Position numbers and translations under genes: made by a program. DNA of 64,000 bases from positions 13,330,001 to 13,394,000 of the forward strand of contig CM106585.1 in the NCBI GenBank assembly GCA_048013815.1. Direction: 5' to 3'. Below the pieces are notes generated by a model that worked only from the letters and a program-made list of their open reading frames with translations, searched no databases and was not told the origin of the DNA. This DNA comes from Setoptus koraiensis. Lineage: Eukaryota; Animalia; Arthropoda. Shown here piece after piece: positions 23,857-34,800 of this stretch; position 1 is the first letter of the stretch, and every line of letters starts with the position of its first letter.

Positions 23857-24436
23857 CCGCCGATGGATAGATTTAGGAATTCCAAAAGAAACAACATTAT
23901 GAGCAACCCGTATGCAACCAGATTCACCTAGAATTCCACACTCTGAATAAGGAATTCTCTGAATAGATATATACTGACTAATTAAGCCAAAGTAAAGGTT
24001 CGCTATAGTTGATTCATCTAGTCTTGAATTTAAAAAATTAGTTGGAGCAACTTGCTCCGAGCAAGTTAGGCTAGGCTCAGCTCTTTGAACGCTATATGAT
24101 CTAGCAAGTTAGAAAAATTCGGTAAAAATGTATAATACTGAAGGTCGAAAATTAGAGTTTTACACTAGACAGTCTCCCTCAATGTCGAGTGTTTTTATTT
24201 TTAGGTTTTGTACAATCGTAATGTGTCCACATTGGGGTGTGTGTCATTGCTTTTTTGGGGAGAAAGGAATTTGTATCACATCATATTTATTCATTTTACT
24301 CGTCGAATATGGGGTGTCTTACATGTTTGACCCGTGTTATTCATAAATGTACAGAATCTGAGGGAATAGGTGACGAAATGGTAGTATTCGCTGTTTTGTA
24401 TTGAGGTTTAGCTGATTATAGTCATTGTCTCTATGT

Positions 24437-26902
24437 CTATGACTCCATCGACGCCTCTCTAATCATGCCTTTTCGATCCGGAGAACAACACCAAGACCGC
24501 ACGGTGGATACTGCGCCAACTTGATACTTGCAACAACATGTTACATCAACTAATATCAATACCAGGATCAGTCCAACCATGACCAAAAGAATCACTCCAC
24601 TCGAGGGTGACATGTCAAACAGGAATGACGCAGAAGGATCTTGAGGGTTCAAAGAAGGACCATTAGCTGGCAGTGTCGCAACAAGGATCGTAGCAGGCAT
24701 TGAAATTCCCCTCTTGTTACGAGCCCTGACTTCTATTATATAGTGAGTGGAAGGCTTCAAGTCTGTGATATCGACTCTTTCGGTTCGACCCTTTGCGTGC
24801 GTGATTTCCAATTCTGCCGATTTATTCGAATTGACCCATCGGTTGCCCATGTACTGCGCTTCATAATATCTGATGATATAGTTGTCGATCGGTTCTCCGT
24901 TGTCGTAGACGGGCGGAGCCCACGTAAGTCTATAGCCGTTAGAAAATTTACTTTTTACAGCCCTGAATTGCATTGATTGGTCAGAATCCGTGATTACCGG
25001 TCGATCGGGTTCACTTGCTTGGGGTGTCATGGTAGAAAACGTGAGAGTTTTCTCAGATCTTCCAACTTCGTTTTCAGCCACTACTTGTATCGCATATCGG
25101 TGCTCTGGTCGAAGGTTATCAATAATAAATGGGCCAGCTTTTCCAGTCCCGTCTGGTATCGTGAAAAATGTCTTGGTGCCTCTGTGAAAGAGCAGATTAG
25201 AATCTCGGGGTACACCCGTGTATTCAACATTATATGACCTTACATGTAATCCTCCGTCGAAGGAAGGTGCTTGAATAGTGATATAAACGTGAGTTGGGAA
25301 AGGAGTGAGTTCTATTCTTTCGACAGGGGTGGGCGCGGAGGCTAGCCTGAGATGTATAGATATTAAACCTTCGCCCTGTGAATTTGATGCTTTGCATTGA
25401 TATGTTCCAAAGATGTTTGGAGTTACACCAGAGGGGCCCACCTTGATTGACAAAGTGTTGATGTTTAACTTTGTATTAGGATCCCAGTCGTAGTCCACTT
25501 TGGTCAAGGCAATATTATCTTTATACCAGGTTAATGTGGGTTCCGGGTATGCTCGTACTTGGCAGACGACTGACACCTGCTTCGACATTGGCTTGATGTA
25601 CTGGATTGGAGGTGTTCCCGAGAGATCCGGCGGAAAACGGACTTTGACTTGGCCAACTCGTTCGACTATACCAGCTTTATTTTCGCTGGAACAATAGTAT
25701 TTTGAGTCAAAGCTTCTGGTCACATTTTGCAATCTGATCTTATAGACAGTTGTCTCACCTTCAATTATAGTATCAATTTTCAGGACTTGAGGATCTCCCA
25801 GGGTAAAAGGATTCCCACCATCCTTTCGGATTTGAATGTATGGACTTGGATTACCGGACGATCTACATTCCAGATCTACGAAACCGTATTCATCTACTGT
25901 TTGGTTTTCAAAAGACAATATTTCCGGTTTGGTGTGGACGAATAAGTTGAATGATGTGTTGGCTTTACCGACGGGGTTTTGTGCTTCACATTCAAACGTA
26001 CCGTTGTCTCGAGGTTGAAGGCTTGTTATTTTCAATGATCCTGTTGCTGGATTAACAATATATCCACTCTCTGATGATAGATTGCGTCCTTTGGGATCAC
26101 GCCACGTGATCCTGGGCGCTGGATATCCCTCAGCTTTGCAGAACATTTCAATTTGTTCGGACTGGTTTCCTTGATAGAGCTCTATTCTTGGTGACGAAGA
26201 GATAATTGGCGCTGTGTAGACCTCTACGACAACTGTGCGGATTTTCATTCGACCATTCTCCAGTACGGTGGCTGTGACCGTGTAATCGCCGGCGTCTTCT
26301 TTATTGACACGACCATTAATTAAAATGCGTCCCTCTTGAAAGTCATACCGGCCAGTGTAGGAGGATAGAGATCTACCGTCTTTGGTCCATTCAACAGTGG
26401 GCGATGGCTGAGCAGAGACCTTGCAAATGATGGCCTGTTCTGTTAATCCGTCGGTGATTGATTGAAGCTCTGGGCATTCCATGGAGATTTCGTTGAAGAA
26501 TTCCACTTTGGTTGTGGCGCTGAGCAAGGTAGACTTTTGGAAGCTGCCCTTGCACGTGTACTCTCCCGAGTCTTCCATGCTGGGCCTGTCGAATTGTAGC
26601 AGCAGACTGCCTGCGCTAAGTCTGACGTTGTGTTTCATAATTTGTCCCTTTGGGTCCTCCCATCGTAGATCGGTGAATAAATTTGGATGATCGCGTTCGC
26701 CCTTGCACGTGAGTATGTATGGGCTGCCCGAGGGCGCCTGATTGGGCGTTGAGTTTGGATAGATCTTGAGAATAGGTTCGGGCTGTTTGGGTGCATCACT
26801 TGAGGTGGGACTGGCGTGTACATAGTGGTGGTTGAGCGCGATGGATACAATGGTCAATAACAGTAATAGTAGTGCTTGTTGTGCATTGGTGATGCGCACC
26901 AT
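24437..26902 (-). CDS. Fas2: Fasciclin-2/NCAM-like adhesion protein (5 Ig + 2 FN3 + TM), intronless; alternative in-frame ATG at 26995
   Basis: Signal peptide from MVRITNAQQALLLLLL; five Ig domains (e.g. DSGEYTC, DNGTFECEAQN, FGTYQCKASN); two FN3 domains; TM followed by DVTCC. The track start at 27028 is a TTG. Confidence 0.9.
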   Translation of the reverse strand: MVRITNAQQALLLLLLTIVSIALNHHYVHASPTSSDAPKQPEPILKIYPNSTPNQAPSGSPYILTCKGERDHPNLFTDLRWEDPKGQIMKHNVRLSAGSLLLQFDRPSMEDSGEYTCKGSFQKSTLLSATTKVEFFNEISMECPELQSITDGLTEQAIICKVSAQPSPTVEWTKDGRSLSSYTGRYDFQEGRILINGRVNKEDAGDYTVTATVLENGRMKIRTVVVEVYTAPIISSSPRIELYQGNQSEQIEMFCKAEGYPAPRITWRDPKGRNLSSESGYIVNPATGSLKITSLQPRDNGTFECEAQNPVGKANTSFNLFVHTKPEILSFENQTVDEYGFVDLECRSSGNPSPYIQIRKDGGNPFTLGDPQVLKIDTIIEGETTVYKIRLQNVTRSFDSKYYCSSENKAGIVERVGQVKVRFPPDLSGTPPIQYIKPMSKQVSVVCQVRAYPEPTLTWYKDNIALTKVDYDWDPNTKLNINTLSIKVGPSGVTPNIFGTYQCKASNSQGEGLISIHLRLASAPTPVERIELTPFPTHVYITIQAPSFDGGLHVRSYNVEYTGVPRDSNLLFHRGTKTFFTIPDGTGKAGPFIIDNLRPEHRYAIQVVAENEVGRSEKTLTFSTMTPQASEPDRPVITDSDQSMQFRAVKSKFSNGYRLTWAPPVYDNGEPIDNYIIRYYEAQYMGNRWVNSNKSAELEITHAKGRTERVDITDLKPSTHYIIEVRARNKRGISMPATILVATLPANGPSLNPQDPSASFLFDMSPSSGVILLVMVGLILVLILVDVTCCCKYQVGAVSTVRSWCCSPDRKGMIREASMES

Positions 26903-27957
26903 GTTGTTGGTGGTGGATGTTTGGGGTCGGCTCCTGTGGGGTCTGTGGTGACAATGTTGATTGGTGGCAACGGGACACTTGCTTTGGTGCGGCATGATGT
27001 GGCGTGTGTTGTTCGGGATGAGATACAAAAAAAATGAGATATTGTGTGTATGTTACAACAATAATATCACAATGATACGTGAATGACGATGATACTACTG
27101 ATGGGGTCCGAGTGAGTAATGACGCTGCGCGATTATGTGTGTCGTTATCGGTTGGCGTTGGGATCTTGATTACAGCGGCGTGCTGGTGATTACTAATTAC
27201 TAGTATTTGTTTACTAGTGATTGGTCGGTGAATTACTATTAAATTAATGCTATTGATACTATTGAATTAATGCTATCGATAATGGCGATTGATGATGTCG
27301 ATAGTCGTCATGTGTGTGTGTGTGTGTGTGTGTGAAAGTTTGTAAGACGAGATGCGAGATTAGCCGGCCACGATGGATGTCGTCAACTGTTGATGCGGCG
27401 GTGGTAGCGGCGGCGTCGGCGGCGGCGGCGTTGCTGCTCCCACAGAGCTTTGATGGAGATCTTGATACTGTTGTGTTTGTCGTCTTGTCGCCGATATTAA
27501 TATTATGTTTGTTGTTATTGTCGCTGTTAATAAATACTAATAAATACTAATAAATAATGGCAAATACTGGCAAATAAATTACTCGGCCTGCCTGCAACGA
27601 GCGCTCATGTTTGTGATATACGATACTAACGCAAGTGGTAAGTCACTGTGGTGCGAGTGCGTGCGTGCGTGTGTGTGTGTGCGTCGATGTCGCCAATTGA
27701 GACTGTGAGCTGATGCGGTGCAAAGGCGCACAATTCTGTTCTGCTGTACAATTGTGTGAGCAATGTCTCACTGACCCAACTGTCGCCAAACTGCAAACTC
27801 AAATTGCTACTCGTCGCCTGTAACAGCACAGTTGCCCAACAGTTCGCTGGTTGGCTCGTTCGTTTGTTCGATTTGTCGTCGCTCAATCTGTTCGCTCACT
27901 CGCTCACTCTCTCACTTTGTCCGTCTGTCTGTCTGCGTAAAAATTCGTTGCAATTCT

Positions 27958-28009
27958 CTGGCAGTCGTTCGCTGGCAGTCGTTCGCTGGCAATCGTTCGC
28001 TGGCCGTCG
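27958..28009. repeat. 14-bp tandem repeat CTGGCAGTCGTTCG x~3.7
   Basis: Contiguous units read directly. Confidence 0.85.
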
Positions 28010-29853
28010 GCGTCGCGTCCTGTCGTCGCGAAAAATTCTGCAGACAGTTTGTTTGTCTGCCCCTGGCTGCTTCAGAATGCTAACTAGCAATGGCCGAGCG
28101 CACATTCGCCGCTGCTTCGCCGGTTCAGTTCACGCTGCACTATATACAGTGCTATGTACAGTGCTGGGGACGGCGCACAAGAGGGCTCTCTCATCCATTC
28201 AATTCGAATTTATTATCATCGCGGATGCGAATGACTAACACAAACGTTGCGCCTGCTGCCAACAATTCTTCCATTGTTAGGCCTGCAAAAACAACAGCCG
28301 CTCGGGCATCTGTTGCTCTCGCTCGTTGGCTGCTGCCGCTGCTGCTGATTTGCTCCGGCTCAACAACTCGCACACACACGCACCATTGCTGCTGCTGCAG
28401 CACGGCCACTCAATGGTGGCAGCATTATGCTGCGGCTCGTGTGCACAGTGCGTGGTGATGAGCGCCATTACCGTGCCATCACGGCGCACACCTTTTCAAA
28501 CAGCGCTGCAGCAGCAGCAGCAAAACGAGAGGCACACACGTTGGATCGACGCACTTTGCACGATGCTCGCACCGTGCATAGCTATGCGCGCCGCGGTGCA
28601 TGCACAACATTCACACATACAGTCAGTACTACTAACTCAGTACAGTCTGCACTCGATTGTACCACACGGTATGCTGGCCGAATTGCAATGCTCAAATCAC
28701 AACACTGTGTTGCCCGCGGTTAGAATGCCGTTTGCGCCACCACAACCACCATATTGAGCATCTGCATCCTTCCTCAAAATAGGGAGTGTGTGTGTTCTCT
28801 CACACGGACGTGCAAAGCCACTTGACGGCTTCCACCGATGCTACCTCGACTGTGCCATTAGAAGTGGCCAATGGTCAAGACTGTTTGCCATTCTCCAACT
28901 CTTTCTCCCCCCTTGGCTACGTCAATTCTTTACTTTCCAACACACACACTCTCGCATGCATCATCATCTTCATCTGAGTGTGTCCCTCTTCCAAGAGATT
29001 ACCAGAGCCACAGATGATGGACGCTAGCTAACACTACCAAAAGTATGCTAGCTCCTAGAAAAATAAATTATGAACTACCAGAGAACAACTATAGCACTCG
29101 ACTATCGGCCCTTCTTCAACCGCAAACCACCTTCGCTGCTAGCTCTCAATGTTTGTCGAAATAGCACTGGTGCTTCCTCCAATCGAAGGTCTCTTTCCCT
29201 CTATTTTTCTCTTTTTCAGTGCCCAGATTGGTCGAAAGCAAAAATAATTACAGTAATTACATTGATTGTGAGCTCGTAAATAGCCAATCCAAAGCTCGCA
29301 AGATGACTATACAATCCTTGCAGCACTAAACCTCAACTGTCAGCCGGCGATGCTATATGTCGAAATGTAAGAATGGCAGCCCGAGCACTCTCTCTCTCTC
29401 TCTCTCTCTTCACACTCATATATATATTTTAGTTTGTTCACTAGAATAATAGATAAATATACTAGTGTATACAAGCGCTAGTCCACGGGCCAATGACTTG
29501 GCCAAGCATGTTGGACTCACAAGTACACTCGCATCACTTTTATCGTCCACCACGAGAGACTACAATTATTACACTCCGAACACAACAAATAGTTTACGGC
29601 TCAGCAAACTTGGTACTTTTATATAAACTCGATGCCAGTGCAATAAGAGATCTTCTTGTTGTTGTTTTTCATCCTATTAATCGCTCTCATCACTTGTTGG
29701 ACGCGCGCTTATTGCCTATACCCAACTCCATTATAGCAACCGTAGTCCCTGTGTTACGTCATTAATAATACATGTGACAAAGAAGTAATTACTTCGTTCG
29801 TTTTTTACCATGATATAGGCCATCAAGTGTAATAGGAAACGAGACATAAAACT

Positions 29854-31347
29854 CTAATCTTCTCTTTTCCTCTTATTAGTGGCTGAGAGGATATCACAAA
29901 CTGGAGTTGATCCGAAGTCTGAAATGGTTTTGGCTAAAATTTCTTTATCATCTAAATACACTTGAATCATATCAAGATAATGTAGGAACCTTTTGATTCT
30001 TCGAGCATTGACTGTTGAGTTTAATTCCTTCCTTTTTCGTTCGGATTGAATCATCAAGGCCAGGAACGGTGCTATATCGGTCTTAAATTCAGAATCGAAC
30101 GATTCTGCTCGACATTGAACAGATGTATCAATCAATTTATATGTTTTGTCAATTTGAGTACGCATACTTTGGTAAAATTCCTGAGTAGCCCGATACTTGT
30201 TATAATCAAGTAATTTATCTTCGAAGAGATCTTTAGATATACTTGTGATTGTATCATGAATTTCTTGACCTAGCTCGTTGGTGGAATTATACTCTTCGTC
30301 GCGGTAAGAAGTGGGTTTCTTTTCAATCCATAATTGCACCGTACAATTCTCATCTAAAGGGTCTATACGAGTCTTCAAAATATCTAATAAAACGACAGAA
30401 TCGTATAATGTCAACAGGTCCTTGTTGGTCTTTCTCAGCGATGTCTGCTCTGTTGTCGTATCTAATTGAATGCCATGGAGTGTAGGATGAATAGATGTTA
30501 GATCAGCTCCGCCATTGGGTCCGCTGAGACCACGATAAAAGTGTATTTGATTGAGGCATTGTCTAATATCACATGGAAAATTGTATATAAGCTGTTTACA
30601 ACTTTCGTCGTTACGACGTAAAAACTTGTTCTTGTAAAAACCTTCACGTTTGCATACCCCGAGCAACAGTTCTAATAATTTATCTTGTTCAGGTCTCTCT
30701 AAGGAGATTATTTGGCATCTTGGCAGTAACTCTTTGATTTCATCTATAGATTGAGTCGCTGTCATAACTACCGGCCTGCGACTAGTCTCTATGAAGGGAA
30801 CAAGCGATGACCAAAATGAACCATCATCTTCGAACAGGACGTCTACGTCATCAAATAAAATTATGGATGATGTTGCAGAAACCGATAGCGATTTTGGTGA
30901 TGGAATTGTCGTGAAGAATTTATTTATGGGGCCCTGAACATTTGGCACTTGCCTCTTGATGTGTTGTTCTTGATTGGCTAGTTTCAATTTACTAATGGAT
31001 TGGGAATTTCGCTTCTCTGAAGCGTGGCATTCAACTACATGCAGATTAAGTTGATTGGCTATAGCGTGCACCATACTAGTCTTGCCTACCCCTGGTGGCC
31101 CAGATAATAAAATACATGACGGGAAAGAATCTGAGCCAGTCATAGAGCAACTGTCTTCGGAATCTTCGGAACAGATTGTGATTGTATTGTTAAAACTTCC
31201 CTGTTTTTTGCTGCCGGTTTTTAGTAAAAATTCTTCTAGCCATAGTTTTAGTTCGATAGCTTGTGGTATGTGACAAATAATATCATCGTGTTTCCTTGGT
31301 CTGTACTTGTGTGTCAGTAGATCAGGTGAATTGTCCGGTGATGACAT
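29854..31347 (-). CDS. ATAD5: ATAD5/Elg1 RFC-like PCNA unloader large subunit, 497 aa, intronless
   Basis: KYRP motif, Walker A GPPGVGKT, ECHASEKR, Walker B IILFDDVDVLFEDD followed by FW..L, RRPVVMT, CDIRQCL, and C-terminal RRIKRFLHYL. ATG at 31347; the upstream 70 codons of the track ORF look non-coding. Confidence 0.9.
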   Translation of the reverse strand: MSSPDNSPDLLTHKYRPRKHDDIICHIPQAIELKLWLEEFLLKTGSKKQGSFNNTITICSEDSEDSCSMTGSDSFPSCILLSGPPGVGKTSMVHAIANQLNLHVVECHASEKRNSQSISKLKLANQEQHIKRQVPNVQGPINKFFTTIPSPKSLSVSATSSIILFDDVDVLFEDDGSFWSSLVPFIETSRRPVVMTATQSIDEIKELLPRCQIISLERPEQDKLLELLLGVCKREGFYKNKFLRRNDESCKQLIYNFPCDIRQCLNQIHFYRGLSGPNGGADLTSIHPTLHGIQLDTTTEQTSLRKTNKDLLTLYDSVVLLDILKTRIDPLDENCTVQLWIEKKPTSYRDEEYNSTNELGQEIHDTITSISKDLFEDKLLDYNKYRATQEFYQSMRTQIDKTYKLIDTSVQCRAESFDSEFKTDIAPFLALMIQSERKRKELNSTVNARRIKRFLHYLDMIQVYLDDKEILAKTISDFGSTPVCDILSATNKRKRED

Positions 31348-31895
31348 TTTAATAAATGGAATTTTAAATAGATGGGGCCATAAAAGATATGAATGAATGT
31401 TGTAGTAAATAAATACATTTCCATGAAAACAAAGAGAATGGAGCATCATATGGAGTTCAAGCAAAGAAGAAAGAACACAAGAATGTCGACAAAAAAGCGC
31501 GAAATCCAAAACTACTGATTTTTTTTTCAAAATTGATTTAATTGTCAGAAAAGGCAATTTATTATAATTATGGTTCGTTTGTCTATATTTTAATCGCCAA
31601 TTTCTATATTTACATGTATCACTATAGGTATTTTGATTCTACACATGTAGCCCATCTTCCTAGTTTGAGAAAGCTCTGTCGCACTATACAGAGATTAAAT
31701 AGACAAGATATATGTGATCTATCTGTGATGTGTGCCTGAGTGTGATCTTTATTTCTTCCAGTTGACAAATCATTTTGTCTTTTTGTTGCTGCATTCCGTA
31801 CAAAATGACCGTCTGACTGTCTTCTCTCTGAAATTATGTCTAGTTTATTCCATCACGGTACAGAGTGTAGTTTTGAATTCCAATCAAAACCCAAT

Positions 31896-34800
31896 CTACC
31901 ATACGGACGACTTTTTGTTATTAATATTATGCTGATTATTTGACACATTTCGAGGGGCATCCTCACGGTTTCCACCAGTAGCAAGATGATTGTTTGTGTA
32001 TTTCTTGTTAGAATTGTTGGCACTTTTATAGTAATTATTTGACTGATTTGAATGATTATTATTATGAGATATATTCCTGCCATTTGGTCCACTTGTGGAA
32101 GATATATTCCTCTGGATCTGTGACTGCTGATTGCCACTATTCAAGGGAGCCATTCCGGATACTAGCTTGCCATTTGCAAACTGCTGATTAGCTTTGGATT
32201 GATAGCTCTGACCTATGTTATTATCACTGCTATAAATAGTAGAGCTGGCTGCAGTCACATGATTGGTAGTATTGGAGGGTTTGGGTTTGTGTAAATCACT
32301 GGTAGAATTTGTTTTATTATTGATATAATTGGTATTATTTGTGCGCATCAACAATTTGGCTGATGAAGATAAATTTGAAGTTGATGAAGTGTTTTGTGAT
32401 GTTATAGCATGAGGTATTTGACTATGATTTGGCAATCTCGTATTATTGTGATTATTAGTTGATTGTTGATTGTTAGTATTGTTCGGAGCCTGTTTGGTTG
32501 TGACAGAGTTTTTACCGACCATCATTTGATTATTTTGCTTATTGGGTGGTACCAATCCTTTGTTCATAGTCGGTGCCAGAGCTTTATTCTGGCTAGATTG
32601 AGATTCTAGGAGTTGCTGTTCTTGCCCATTTGTTAGCCATGACATCTGGTCGGCAAAAGGTGACGTCACACTAAATGATTCCATTTTTTTTATCCTGGCT
32701 CTAACATTACCCAAAGGCAATAAGTTATTAACATTCCGTGAATCATTGGCTGAAGCAGATACTATAGCTACCGGGGGTTTGCATTTATCTATATCATTAG
32801 AATGAGCATCTTTTCTCACTAGTGGTAGAGGTCTATTATTGTCATCATTGTTACTTGTTGATGATGAACTAGATCTCCTGCCATCTGGTAAAGCATTCTG
32901 AGCTAATGGTGAATTTGTGTTATTCAAATGATTAGTGGTCTTGATATTATCGTTCAAGTATGCTAACCCTGGCAACTTGGTTTTCTCTCTATTGTTTTGA
33001 CTAGAGTTTAATTGTTGTGCATGCTGAACTCGGTGTTTACTATTATTTGAGGATAGTTGCTGCTGATGAGATGGGGTTCCATTTGAACCTGTCAGGGCCT
33101 TATTAGCATTGAATATAGCAGACAGAGATGGTTGTGACTTATGATTAGGATTGACTTGACTATGAGCTGAGTTGGATGATGAGGATGTAGAATGATCCCC
33201 GCTTCCCGACGGCGCTACTCTAGACTTCCTTGGTTGGTTTTGTTGTCTAGATTGGTTTTGCTTGAGTCGATTATCAGGAGATGAAACTAATTGAGGTGCC
33301 AAACCAGGATTGGCAGGGGAATTCAAGAACGAGGGCATGCGGTCATCCCCTTTCTTTGGTTGCTGCACATTAGTTAGTTTTTGTTGTTGTTGCCCTTGGA
33401 GACCTGGTTTGTGTACCAAAAACGGTTTTTCGTCTTGTCCATTAATTGGATGAATTGGTTTATCTTCTTTGGGGACAATCTTTCTAGTATCTTCAAGCAT
33501 ATTATCCTTGTCTAGTGTCGGTGTTGGTGGTTTCTTTGATTTAGTGAAAGATAATCTCTTGTTTTTACCATTGGCACCACTAATACCCGCTGAGTCTGTG
33601 TGACTCTTAAGCTGAGGTCCCTTTTTAGCATCATTTTTGTCCATTCCATCTGGCTTGCATCTTTTCATATCAATCATAAGGCTATCTTCAATATTATAGT
33701 ATTCAAATTCGCTGCTAGCCGATATCATAGACATAGCGTCAGAGCATAGCGACATATCCTCAAATCTTTCTTCCCACTGCCCGTCATCTTGGCACAGTAA
33801 AAGCACTGGATCAACTCCATTCCTTTGTTTAGAAAACTGGGATTGTATTGGTACAGAATTGTTATTGCTTAAGGACAAACTGCCATTGATTTCAGCCTCC
33901 ATTGTCAGGACACGAATATTGTCAACAAATTGACGAATGCTACTTAATTTATTGCCTTCTTGTAGTCCGCTGTTCCTATCATGAGCTGACTTTTGTTCGA
34001 ATTCTTTTAGTCCATCTGGCTTGTCATGATTCCACTGGTTAGATGTTACGGTAGCCTCTAGATCGAGCGGTTTGTTATTCGATAGAATGTTCGTACTGTT
34101 TGCGACACGAGCTTGTTGTTTACTACTATTGTTGTCGAAATTATAAATAATACTATTGCTTGTGTGAGATCTAGTGACGTTTCCAGTTTTGTTATCGCCA
34201 ACCGCAGTCTTTTTGATTGGTTGGGAGACTTTCATATCTTGTTGTTGTATTTGTGGCTCTTGTGAATCAATCAAATTAATCTGCCTATAATCGTTATATC
34301 CGCTAGATGGTTTACCACTATTCTGGGATAATTGTTTATTGATTACTTCGTTACCACTATTGATCAATCTATCCAAACCTGGCTTTGTGATGAAACCATT
34401 GGAGGTTTCTTCCTTCTGGAGAGTGGAAGAATGAGAATCCAGTGTAGTTGATATGGTTGAATCAAAAGTAAAATTTGTTACTTTTGTCTTGTCATCACTC
34501 TTATTGTTGCCGTTATTGCTGTTGTTGTGGTTACTATCTATGGTGGCCTCGTTTTTCGTTCTTGAGCTCTCCCCATCGTGAGTTATTTTAGGTGGCGGAT
34601 AATTGTAGAATAGGCCGCCTTTTCTGCATTTAATGTTGTTCAACTCAAGCAAAGTTTGATCACTAATTGAATTGCTGATATTGCTATTAGATTGGCTAGC
34701 TGTTTGATTGATTTTAGACTGTTGCCTAGATTCATTGTTGACTTTAGAATCATGAATAGCCTCCATCAATAGTTTGTTTTTGTTGTAATTGTTTATGTTA

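Noticed and set aside
31348-31557. 70-codon N-terminal extension of ATAD5 (and the TTG-started extension of Fas2) in the ORF track
   Set aside because: Non-ATG starts in UTR-like sequence; the ATGs at 31347 and 26902/26995 fit better.
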